A stretch of 64,000 bases of DNA from assembly GCF_009914755.1 (NCBI RefSeq), contig NC_060925.1; one strand, 5' to 3'. Position 1 is the first letter of the stretch. Every line of letters starts with the position of its first letter. Of this stretch, positions 30,101-44,099 are shown piece after piece. The stretch is from the human T2T-CHM13v2.0 reference genome, Homo sapiens. Both the position numbers and the translations under genes were made by a program. The notes under the pieces were generated by a model that saw only the letters and a program-made list of their open reading frames with translations, was not told the origin of the DNA and did no database searches.

Positions 30101-33100
30101 TTGATTGAAATCATCATCGAATGGAATCGAATGGTATCATTTAATGGAATCGAATGGAATCATCATCAGATGGAAATGAATGGAATCGTCATAGAATGGA
30201 ATCGAATGGATTCATTGAATGGAATCAGATGGAATCATCGAATGGACTGGAATGGAATCATTGAATGGACTCGAAAGGGATCATTATTGAATGGAATTGA
30301 ATGGAATCATCGAATGGTCTCGATTGGAATCATTATCAAATGGAATCGAATGGAATCACCGAATAGAATCGAACGGATCAATCATCGAATGGACTCAAAT
30401 GGAATTATCCTCCAATGGAATCGAATGGAATTATCGAATGCAATCGAATGGAACTATCGAATGCAATCGAATAGAATCATCGAATGGACTCGAATGGAAT
30501 CATCGAATGGAATGGAATGGAACAGTCAATGAACACGAATAGAATCATCATTGAATGGAATCGAATGGAATCATCGAGTGGAATCGAATGGAATTATGAT
30601 CAAATGGAATCGAATGTAATCATCATCAAATGGAATCAAAAATAACCATCATCAATTGGTATTGAATGGAATTGTCATCAAATGGAATTCAAAGGAAACA
30701 TCATCAAATGGAACCGAATGGAATCCTCATTGAATGGAAATGAAAGGGGTCATCATCTAATGGAATCGCATGGAATCATCATCAAATGGAATCGAATGGA
30801 ATCAACATCAAATGGAATCTGATGGAATCATTGAACAGAATTGAATGGAATCGTCATCGAATGAATTGAATGCAATCATCCAATGGTCTCGAATGGAATC
30901 ATCTTCTAATGGAAAGGAATGGAATCATCGCATAGAATCGAATGGAATTATCATCGAATGGAATCGAATGGTATCAACACCAAACGGAAAAAAACGGAAT
31001 TTTCGAATGGAATCGAAGAGAATCTTCGAACGGACCCGAATGGAATCATCTAATGGAATGGAATGGAATAATTCATGGACTCGAATGCAATAATCATCGA
31101 ATGGAATCGAATGGAATCATCGAATGGACTCGAATGGAATAATCATTGAACGGAATCGAATGGAATCATCATCGGATGGAAACGAATGGAATCATCATCG
31201 AATGGAAATGAAAGGAGTCATCATCTAATGGAATTGCATGGAATCATCATAAAATGGAATCGAATGGAATCAACATCAAGTGGAATCAAATGGAATCATT
31301 GAACGGAATTGAATGGAATTGTCATCGAATGAATTGTATGCAATCATCGAATGGTCTCGAATGGAATCATCTTCAAATGGAATGGAATGGAATCATCGCA
31401 TAGAATCGAATGGAATTATCATCGAATGGAATCGAATGGTATCAACATCAAACGGAAAAAAACGGAATTATCGAATGGAATCGAAGAGAATCATCGAATG
31501 GACCCGAATGGAATCATCTAATGGAATGGAATGGAATAATCCATGGACTCGAATGCAATCATCATCGAATGGAATCGAATGGAATCATCGAATGGACTCG
31601 AATGGAATAATCATTGAACGGAATCGAATGGAATCATCATCGGATGGAAATGAATGCAATCATCATCGAATGGAATCGAATAGAATTATGGAATGAAATC
31701 CAGTGTGATCATCATCGAATGGACCCGAATGGAATCATCATCCAACGGAAGCTAATGGAATCAATATCCAATGAATCGAATGGAAACAAAATCGAATTGA
31801 AACGAATGGAATTATCATGAAATTGAAATGGATGGACTCATCATCGGATGGATTCGAATGGAATCATCGAATAAAATTGATTGAAATCATCATCAAATGG
31901 AATCGAATGGTATCATTGAATGGAATCGAATGGAATCATCATCAGATGGAAATGAATGGAATCGTCATAGAATGGAATCGAATGGATTCATTGAATGGAA
32001 TCAGATGGAATCATCGAATGGACTGGAATGGAATCATTGAATGGACTCAAAGGGATCATTATTGAATGGAATTGAATGGAATCATCGAATGGTCTCGATT
32101 GGAATCATTATCAAATGGAATCGAATGGAATCACCGAATAGAATCGAATGGAACAATCATCGAATGGACTCAAATGGAATTATCCTCAAATGGAATCGAA
32201 TGGAATTATCGAATGCAATCGAATGGAATTATCGAATGCAATCGAATAGAATCATCGAATGGACTCGAATGGAATCATCGAATGGAATGGAATGGAACAG
32301 TCAATGAACTCGAATGGAATCATCATTGAATGGAATCGAATGGAATCATCGAGTGGAATCGAATGGAATTATGATCAAATGGAATCGAATGTAATCATCA
32401 TCAAATGGAATCAAAAATAACCATCATCAATTGGTATTGAATGGAATTGTCATCAAATGGAATTCAAGGAATCATCATCAAATGGAACCGAATGGAATCC
32501 TCATTGAATGGAAATGAAAGGGGTCATCATCTAATTGAATCGCATGGAATCATCATCAAAAGGAATCGAATGGAATCATCATCAAATGGAATCTGATGGA
32601 ATCATTGAACAGAATTGAATGGAATCGTCATCGAATGAATTGAATGCAATCATCGAATGGTCTCGAATGGAATCATCTTCTAATGGAAAGGAATGGAATC
32701 ATCGCATAGAATCGAATGGAATTATCATCGAATGGAATCGAATGGTATCAACATCAAACGGAAAAAAACGGAATTATCGAATGGAATCGAAGAGAATCTT
32801 CGAACGGACCCGAATGGAATCATCTAATGGAATGGAATGGAATAATCCATGGACTGGAAGGCAATCATCATCGAATGGAATCGAATGGAATCATCGAATG
32901 GACTCGAATGGAATAATCATTGAACGGAAACGAATGGAATCATCATCGGATGGAAACGAATGGAATCATCATCGAATGGAAATGAAAGGAGTCATCATCT
33001 AATGGAATTGAATGGAATCATCATAAAATGGAATCGAATGGGATCAACATCAAATGGAATCAAATGGAATCATTGAACGGATTTGAATGGAATCGTCATC

Positions 33101-36100
33101 GAATGAATTGAATGCAATCATCGAATGGTCTCGAATGGAATCATCTTCAAATGGAATAGCATGGAATCATCGCATAGAATCGAATGGAATTATCATCGAA
33201 TGGAATCGAATGGAATCAACATCAAACGGATAAAAACGGAATTATCGAATGGAATCGAAGAGAATCATCGAACGGACACGAATGGAATCATCTAATGGAA
33301 TGGAATGGAATAATCCATGGACTCGAATGCAATCATCATCGAATGGAATCGAATGGAATCATCGAATGGACTCGAATGGAATAATCATTGAACGGAATCG
33401 AATGGAATCATCATCGGATGGAAATGAATGGAATCATCATCGAATGGAATGGAATAGAATTATGGAATGAAATCCAGTGTGATCATCATCGAGTGGACCC
33501 GAATGGAATCATCATCCAACGGAAGCTAATGGAATCAACATCGAATGAATCGAATGGAAACACCATCGATTTGAAACGAATGGAATTATCATGAAATTGA
33601 AATGGATGGACTCATCATCGAATGGATTCGAATGGAATCATCGAATAAAATTGATTGAAATCATCATCAAATGGAATCGAATGGTATCATTGAATGGAAT
33701 CGAATGGAATCATCATCAGATGGAAATGAATGGAATCGTCATAGAATGGAATCGAATGGATTCATTGAATGGAATCAGATGGAATCATCGAATGGACTGG
33801 AATGGAATCATTGAATGGACTCGAAAGGGATCATGATTGAATGGAATTGAATGGAATCATCGAATGGTCTCGATTGGAATCATTATCAAATGGAATCGAA
33901 TGGAATCACCGAATAGAATCGATTGGAACAATCATCGAATGGACTCAAATGGAATTATCCTCAAATGGAATCGAATGGAATTATCGAATGCAATCGAATG
34001 GAATTATCGAATGCAATCGAATAGAATCATCGAATGGACTCGAATGAAATCATCGAATGGAATGGAATGGAACAGTCAATGAACTCGAATGGAATCATCA
34101 TTGAATGGAATCGAATGGAATCATCGAGTGGAATCGAATGGAATTATGATCAAATGGAATCGAATGTAATCATCATCAAATGGAATCAAAAATAACCATC
34201 ATCAATTGGTATTGAATGGAATTGTCATCAAATGGAATTCAAAGGAAACATCATCATATGGAACCGAATGGAATCCTCATTGAATGGAAATGAAAGGGGT
34301 CATCATCTAATGGAATCGCATGGAATCATCATCAAATGGAATCGAATGGAATCATCATCAAATGGAATCTGATGGAATCATTGAATGGAATCATCATCGA
34401 ATGAATTGAATGCAATCATCGAATGGTCTCGAATGGAATCATCTTCTAATGGAAAGGAATGGAATCATCGCATAGAATCGAATGGAATTATCATCGAATG
34501 GAATCGAATGGTATCAACATCAAACGGAAAAAAACGGAATTATCGAATGGAATCGAAGAGAATCTTCGAACGGACCCGAATGGAATCATCTAATGGAATG
34601 GAATGGAATAATCCATGGACTGGAAGGCAATCATCATCGAATGGAATCGAATGGAATCATCGAATGGACTCGAATGGAATAATCATTGAACGGAATCGAA
34701 TGGAATCATCATCGGAATGAAACGAATGGAATCATCATCGAATGGAAATGAAAGGAGTCATCATGTAATGGAATTGCATGGAATCATCATAAAATGGAAT
34801 CGAATGGAATCAACATCAAATGGAATCAAATGGAATCATTGAACGGAATTGAATGGAATCGTCATCGAATGAATTGAATGCAATCATCGAATGGTCTCGA
34901 ATGGAATCATCTTCAAATGGAATGGAATGGAATCATCGCATAGAATCGAATGGAATTATCATCGAATGGAATCGAATGGAATCAACATCAAACGGAAAAA
35001 AAACGGAATTATCGTATGGAATCGAAGAGAATCATCGAATGGACCCGAATGGAATCATCTAATGGAATGGAATGGAATAATCCATGGACTCGAATGCAAT
35101 CATCATCGAACGGAATCGAATGGAATCATCGAATGGACTCGAATGGAATAATCATTGAACGGAATCGAATGGAATCATCATCGGATGGAAATGAATGGAA
35201 TCATCATCGAATGGAATCGAATAGAATTATGGAATGAAATCCAGTGTGATCATCATCGAATGGACCCGAATGGAATCATAATCCAACGGAAGCTAATGGA
35301 ATCAACATCGAATGAATCGAATGGAAACACCATCGAATTGAAACGAATGGAATTATCATGAAATTGAAATGGATGGACTCATCATCGAATGGATTCGAAT
35401 GGAATCATCGAATAAAATTGATTGAAATCATCATCGAATGGAATCGAATGGTATCATTGAATGGAATCGAATGGAATCATCATCAGATGGAAATGAATGG
35501 AATCGTCATAGAATGGAATCGAATGGATTCATTGAATGGAATCAGATGGAATCATCGAATGGACTGGAATGGAATCATTGAATGGACTCGAAAGGGATCA
35601 TGATTGAATGGAATTGAATGGAATCATCGAATGGTCTCAATTGGAATCATTATCAAATGGAATCGAATGGAATCACCGCATAGAATCGAATGGAACAATC
35701 ATCGAATGGACTGAAATGGAATTATCCTCAAATGGAATGGAATGTAATTATCGAATGCAATCGAATGGAATTATCGAATGCAATCGAATAGAATCATCGA
35801 ATGGACTCGAATGGAATCATCGAATGGAATGGAATGGAACAGTCAATGAACTCGAATGGAATCATCATTGAATGGAATCGAATGGAATCATCGAGTGGAA
35901 TCGAATGGAATTATGATCAAATGGAATCGAATGTAATCATCATCAAATGGAATCAAAAATAACCATCATCAATTGGTATTGAATGGAATTGTCATCAAAT
36001 GGAATTCAAAGGAAACATCATCAAATGGAACCGAATGGAATCCTCATTGAATGGAAATGAAAGGGGTCATCATCTAATGGAATCGCATGGAATCATCATC

Positions 36101-36656
36101 AAATGGAATCGAATGGAATCATCATCAAATGGAATCTGATGGAATCATTGAATGGAATCGTCATCGAATGAATTGAATGCAATCATCGAATGGTCTCGAA
36201 TGGAATCATCTTCAAATGGAATAGAATGGAATCATCGCATAGAATCGAATGGAATTATCATCGAATGGAATCGAATGGAATCAACATCAAACGGAAAAAA
36301 AACGGAATTATCGTATGGAATCGAAGAGAATCATCGAATGGACCCGAATGGAATCATCTAATGGAATGGAATGGAATAATCCATGGACTCGAATGCAATC
36401 ATCATCGAATGGAATCGAGTGGAATCATCGAATGGACTCGAATGGAATAATCATTGAACGGAATCGAATGGAATCATCATCGGATGGAAATGAATGGAAT
36501 CATCATCGAATGGAATCGAATAGAATTATGGAATGAAATCCAGTGTGATCATCATCGAATGGACCCGAATGGAATCATCATCCAACGGAAGCTAATGGAA
36601 TCAACATCGAATGAATCGAATGGAAACACCATCGAATTGAAACGAATGGAATTATC

Positions 36657-37772
36657 ATGAAATTGAAATGGATGGACTCATCTTCGAATGGATTCGAATG
36701 GAATCATCGAATAAAATTGATTGAAATCATCATCAAATGGAATCGAATGGTATCATTGAATGGAATGGAATGGAATCATCATCAGATGGAAATGAATGGA
36801 ATCGTCATAGAATGGAATCGAATGGATTCATTGAATGGAATCAGATGGAATCATCGAATGGACTGGAATGGAATCATTGAATGGACTCGAAAGGGATCAT
36901 GATTGAATGGAATTGAATGGAATCATCGAATGGTCTCGATTGGAATCATTATCAAATGGAATCGAATGGAATCACCGAATAGAATCGAATGGAACTATCA
37001 TCGAATGGACTCAAATGGAATTATCGTCCAATGGAATGGAATGGAATAATCCATGGACTCGAATGCAATCATCATCGAATGGAATCGAATGGAATCATCG
37101 AATGGACTCGAATGGAATAATCATTGAACGGAATCGAATGGAATCATCTTCGGATGGAAACGAATGGAATCATCATCGAATGGAATGAAAGGAATCATCA
37201 TCTAATGGAATTGCATGGAATCATCATAAAATGGAATCGAAAGGAATCATCATCAGATGGAAATGAATGGAATCGTCATAGAATGGAATCGAATGGATTC
37301 ATTGAATGGAATCAGATGGAATCATAGAATGGACTGGAATGGAATCATTGAATGGACTCGAAAGGGATCATTATTGAATGGAATTGAATGGAATCATCGA
37401 ATGGTCTCGATTGGAATTATTATCAAATGGAATCGAATGGAATCACCGAATAGAATCGAATGGAACAATCATCGAATGGACTCTAATGGAATTATCCTCC
37501 AATGGAATCGAATGGAATTATCGAATGCAATCGAATGGAATTATCGAATGCAATCGAATAGAATCATCGAATGGACTCGAATGGAATCATCGAATGGAAT
37601 GGAATGGAACAGTCAATGAACTCGAATGGAATCATCATTGAATGGAATCGAATGGAATCATCGAGTGGAATCGAATGGAATTATGATCAAATGGAATCGA
37701 ATGTAATCATCATCAAATGGAATCAAAAATAACCATCATCAATTGGTATTGAATGGAATTGTCATCAAATGG
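36657..37772 (+). repeat. Rearranged/chimeric unit with 471 bp extra
   Basis: At ~37025 the core sequence switches into 468-module sequence (ATGGAATGGAATAATCCATGG). At ~37245 it returns to an earlier core position (CATCAGATGGAAATG at 37251 repeats 36780). Confidence 0.85.
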
Positions 37773-40700
37773 AATTCAAAGGAAACATCATCAAATGGAA
37801 CCGAATGGAATCCTCATTGAATGGAAATGAAAGGGGTCATCATCTAATGGAATCGCATGGAATCATCATCAAATGGAATCGAATGGAATCATCATCAAGT
37901 GGAATCTGATGGAATCATTGAACAGAATTGAATGGAATCGTCATCGAATGAATTGAATGCAATCATCGAATGGTCTCGAATGGAATCATCTTCTAATGGA
38001 AAGGAATGGAATCATCGCATAGAATCGAATGGAATTATCATCGAATGGAATCGAATGGTATCTGCAGCAAACGGAAAAAAACGGAATTTTCGAATGGAAT
38101 CGAAGAGAATCTTCGAACGGACCCGAATGGAATCATCTAATGGAATGGAATGGAATAATCCATGGACTGGAAGGCAATCATCATCGAATGGAATCGAATG
38201 GAATCATCGAATGGACTCGAATGGAATAATCATTGAACGGAATCGAATGGAATCATCTTCGGATGGAAACGAATGGAATCATCATCGAATGGAAATGAAA
38301 GGAGTCATCATCTAATGGAATTGCATGGAATCATCATAAAATGGAATCGAATGGAATCAACATCAAATGGAATCAAATGGAATCATTGAACGGAATTGAA
38401 TGGAATCGTCATCGAATGAATTGAATACAATCATCGAATGGTCTCGAATGGAATCATCTTGAAATGGAATGCAATGGAATCATCGCATAGAATCGAATGG
38501 AATTATCATCGAATGGAATCGAATGGAATCAACATCAAACGGAAGAAAACGGAATTATCGAATGGAATCGAAGAGAATCATCGAATGGACCCGAATGGAA
38601 TCATCTAATGGAATGGAATGGAATAATCCATGGACTCGAATGTAATCATCATCGAATGGAATCGAATGGAATCATCGAATGTACTCGAATGGAGTAATCA
38701 TTGAACGGAATCGAATGGAATCATCATCGGATGGAAATGAATGCAATCATCATCGAATGGAATCGAATAGAATTATGGAATGAAATCCAGTGTGATCATC
38801 ATCGAATGGACCCGAATGGATTCATCATCCAACGGAAGCTAATGGAATCAACATCGAATGAATCGAATGGAAACACCATCGAATTGAAACGAATGGAATT
38901 ATCATGAAATTGAAATGGATGGACTCATCATCGAATGGATTCGAATGGAATCATCGAATAAAATTGATTGAAATCATCATCAAATTGAATCGAATGGTAT
39001 CATTGAATGGAATCGAATGGAATCATCATCAGATGGAAATGAATGGAATCGTCATAGAATGGAATCGAATGGATTCATTGAATGGAATCAGATGGAATCA
39101 TCGAATGGACTGGAATGGAATCATTGAATGGACTCGAAAGGGCTCATTATTGAATGGAATTGAATGGAATCATCGAATGGTCTCGATTGGAATCATTATC
39201 AAATGGAATCGAATGGAATCACCGAATAGAATCGAATGGAACAATCATCGAATGGACTCAAATGGAATTATCCTCCAATGGAATCGAATGGAATTATCGA
39301 ATGCAATCGAATGGAATTATCGAATGCAATCGAATAGAATCATCGAATGGACTCGAATGGAATCATCGAATTGAATGGAATGGAACAGTCAATGAACTCG
39401 AATGGAATCATCATTGAATGGAATCGAATGGAATCATCGAGTGGAATCGAATGGAATTATGATCAAATGGAATCGAATGTAATCATCATCAAATGGAATC
39501 AAAAATAACCATCATCAATTGGTATTGAATGGAATTGTCATCAAATGGAATTCAAAGGAATCATCATCAAATGGAACCGAATGGAATCCTCATTGAATGG
39601 AAATGAAAGGGGTCATCATCTAATGGAATCGCATGGAATCATCATCAAATGGAATCGAATGGAATCATCATCAAATGGAATCTAATGGAATCATTGAAGA
39701 GAATTGAATGGAATCGTCATCGAATGAATTGAATGCAATCATCAAATGGTCTCGAATGGAATCATCATCTAATAGAAAGGAATGGAATCATCGCATAGAA
39801 TCGAATGGAATTATCATCGAATGGAATCGAATGGTATCAACACCAAACGAAAAAAAACGGAATTTTCGAATGGAATCGAAGAGAATCTTCGAACGGACCC
39901 GAATGGAATCATCTAATGGAATGGAATGGAATAATCCATGGACTGGAAGGCAATCATCATCGAATGGAATCGAATGGAATCATCGAATGGACTCGAATGG
40001 AATAATCATTGAACGGAATCCAATGGAATCATCATCGGATGGAAACGAATGGAATCATCATCGAATGGAAATGAAAGGAGTCAACATCTAATGGAATTGC
40101 ATGGAATCATCATAAAATGGAATCGAATGGAATCAACATCAAATGGAATCAAATGCAATCATTGAACAGAATTGAATGGAATCGTCATCGAATGAATTGA
40201 ATGCAATCATCGAATGGTCTCGAATGGAATCATCTTCAAATGGAAAGGAATGGAATCATCGCATAGAATCGAATGGAATTATCATCGAATGGAATCGAAT
40301 GGTATCAACACCAAACGGAAAAAAACGGAATTATCGAATGGAATCAAAGAGAATCTTCGAACGGACCCGAATGAAATCATCTAATGGAATAGAATGCAAT
40401 AATCCATGGACTGGAAGGCAATCATCATCGAATGGAATCGAATGGAATCATCGAATGGACTCGAGTGGAATAATCATTGAACGGAATCGAATGGAATCAT
40501 CATCGGATGGAAACGAATGGAATCATTATCGAATGGAAATGAAAGGAGTCATCATCTAATGGAATTGCATGGAATCATCATAAAATGGAATCGAATGGAA
40601 TCAACATCAAATGGAATCAAATGGAATCATTGAACGGAATTGAATGGAATCGTCATCGAATGAATTGAATGCAATCATCGAATGGTCTCGAATGGAATCA

Positions 40701-43700
40701 TCTTCAAATGGAATGGAATGGAATCATCGCATAGAATCGAATGGAATTATCATCGAATGGAATCGAATGGAATCAACATCAAACGGAAAAAAACGGAATT
40801 ATCGAATGGAATCGAAGAGAATCATCGAATGGACCCGAATGGAATCATCTAATGGAATGGAATGGAATAATCCATGGACTCGAATGCAATCATCATCGAA
40901 TGGAATCGAATGGAATCATCGAATGGACTCGAATGGAATAATCTTTGAACGGAATCGAATGGAATCATCATCGGATGGAAATGAATGGAATCATCATCGA
41001 ATGGAATCGAATAGAATTATGGAATGAAATCCAGTGTGATCATCATCGAATGGACCCGAATGGAATCATCATCCAACGGAAGCTAATGGAATCAACATCG
41101 AATGAATCAAATGGAAACACCATCGAATTGAAACGAATGGAATTACCATGAAATTGAAATGGATGGACTCATCATCGAATGGATTCGAATGGAATCATCG
41201 AATAAAATTGATTGAAATCATCATCGAATGGAATCGAATGGTATCATTGAATGGAATCGAATGGAATCATCATCAGATGGAAATGAATGGAATCGTCATG
41301 GAATGGAATCGAATGGATTCATTGAATGGAATCAGATGGAATCATCGAATGGACTGGAATGGAATCATTGAATGGACTCGAAAGGGATCATTATTGAATG
41401 GAATTGAATGGAATCATCAAATGGTCTCGATTGGAATCATTATCAAATGGAATCGAATGGAATCACCGAATAGAATCGAATGGAACAATCATCGAATGGA
41501 CTCAAATGGAATTATCCTCCAATGGAATCGAATGGAATTATCGAATGCAATCGAATGGAATTATCGAATGCAATCGAATAGAATCATCGAATGGACTCGA
41601 ATGGAATCATCGAGTGGAATGGAATGGAACAGTCAATGAACTCGAATGGAATCATCATTGAATGGAATCGAATGGAATCATCGAGTGGAATCGAATGGAA
41701 TTATGATCAAATGGAATCGAATGTAATCATCATCAAATGGAATCAAAAATAACCATCATCAATTAGTATTGAATGGAATTGTCATCAAATGGAATTCAAA
41801 GGAATCATCATCAAATGGAACCGAATGGAATCCTCATTGAATGGAAATGAAAGGGGTCATCATCTAATGGAATCGCATGGAATCATCATCAAATGGAATC
41901 GAGTGGAATCATCATCAAATTGAATCTAAAGGAATCATTGAGCAGAATTGAATGGAATCGTCATCGAATGAATTGAATGCAATCATCGAATGGTCTCGAA
42001 TGGAATCATCTTCTAATGGAAAGGAATGGAATCATCGCATAGAATCGAATGGAATTAAAATTGAATGGACTCGAATGGAATCAACACCAAACGGAAAGAA
42101 ACGGAATTATCGAATGGAATCGAAGAGAATCATCGAATGGACCCGAATGGAATCATCTAATGGAATGGAATGGAATAATCCATGGACTCGAATGCAATCA
42201 TCATCGAATGGAATCGAATGGAATCATCGAATGGACTCGAATGGAATAATCATTGAACGGAATCGAATGGAATCATCATCGGATGGAAAAGAATGGAATC
42301 ATCATCGAATGGAAATGAAAGGAGTCATCATCTAATGGAATTGCATGGAATCATCATAAAATGGAATCGAATGGAATCAACATCAAATGGAATCCAATGG
42401 AATCATTGAACGGAATTGAATGGAATCGTCATCGAATCAATTGAATGCAATCATCGAATGGTCTCGAATGGAATAATCTTCAAATGGAATGGAATGGGAT
42501 CATCGCATAGAATCGAATGTAATTATCATCGAATGGAATCGAATGAAATCAACAACAAACGGAAAAAAAAGGAATTATCGAATGGAATCAAAGAGAATCA
42601 TCGAATGGACCCGAATGGAATCATCTAATGGAATGGAATGGAATAATCCATGGACTCGAATGCAATCATCATCGAATGGAATCGAATGGAATCATCGAAT
42701 GGACTCGAATGGAATAATCATAGAACGGAATCGAATGGAATCATCATCGGATGGAAATGAATGGAATCACCATCGAATGGAATCGAATAGAATTATGGAA
42801 TGAAATCCAGTGTGATCGTCATCGAATGCACCCGAATGGAATCATCATCCAACGGAATCTAATGGAAACAACATCGAATGAATCGAATGGAAACACCATC
42901 GAATTGAAACGAGTGGAATTATCATGAAATTGAAATGGATGGACTCATCATCGAATGGATTCGAATGGAATCATCGAATAAAATTGATTGAAATCATCAT
43001 CAAATGGAATCGAATGGTATCATTGAATGGAATCGAATGGAATCATCATCAGATGGAAATGAATGGAATCGTCATAGAATGGAATCGAATGGATTCATTG
43101 AATGGAATCAGATGGAATCATCGAATGGACTGGAATGGAATCATTGAATGGACTCGAGAGGGATCATTATTGAATGGAATTGAATGGAATCATGGAATGG
43201 TCTCGATTGGAATCATTATCAAATGGAATCGAATGGAATCACCGAATAGAATCGAATGGAACAATCATCGAATGGACTCCAATGGAATTATCCTCAAATG
43301 GAATCGAATGGAATTATGGAATGCAATCGAATGGAATTATCGAATGCAATCGAATAGAATCATCGAATGGACTCGAATGGAATCATCGAATGGAATGGAA
43401 TGGAACAGTCAATGAACTCGAATGGAATCATCATTGAATGGAATCGAAAGGAATCATCGAGTGGAATCGAATGGAATTATGATCAAATGGAATCGAATGT
43501 AATCATCATCAAATGGAATCAAAGATAACCATCATCAATTGGTATTGAATGGAATTGTCATCAAATGGAATTCAAAGGAATCATCACCAAATGGAACCGA
43601 AAGGAATCCTCATTGAATGGAAATGAAAGGGTCATCATCTAATGGAATCGCATGGAATCATCATCAAATGGAATCGAATGGAATCATCATCAGATGGAAT

Positions 43701-44099
43701 CTAATGGAATCATTGAACAGAATTGAATGGAATCGTCATCGAATGAATTGAATGCAATCATCGAATGGTCTCGAACGGAATCATCTTCTAATGGAAAGGA
43801 ATGGAATCATCGCATAGAATCGAATGGAATTAACATTGAATGGACTCGAATGGAATCAACATCAAACGGAATCAAGCGGAATTATCGAATGGAATCGAAG
43901 AGAATCATCGAATGGACTCGAATGGAATCATCTAATGGAATGGAATGGAATAATCCACGGACTCGAATGCAATCATCATCGTATAGAATCGAATGGAATC
44001 ATCGAAAGGACTCGAAAGGAATAATCATTGAACGGAATCGAATGGAATCATCATCGGATGGAAACGAATGGAATCATCATCGAATGGAAATGAAAGGAG

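Larger units (their letters stand above)
21950..42040 (+). repeat. Central variant domain ('B' haplotype) of the HSat2 array
   Basis: GAGAATCTTCGAACGG, GGACTGGAAGG, GAATCTGATGG and ATTACCATG were seen only here. The flank marker GGAATCAAGCGG is absent between ~20225 and ~43870. Confidence 0.85.
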
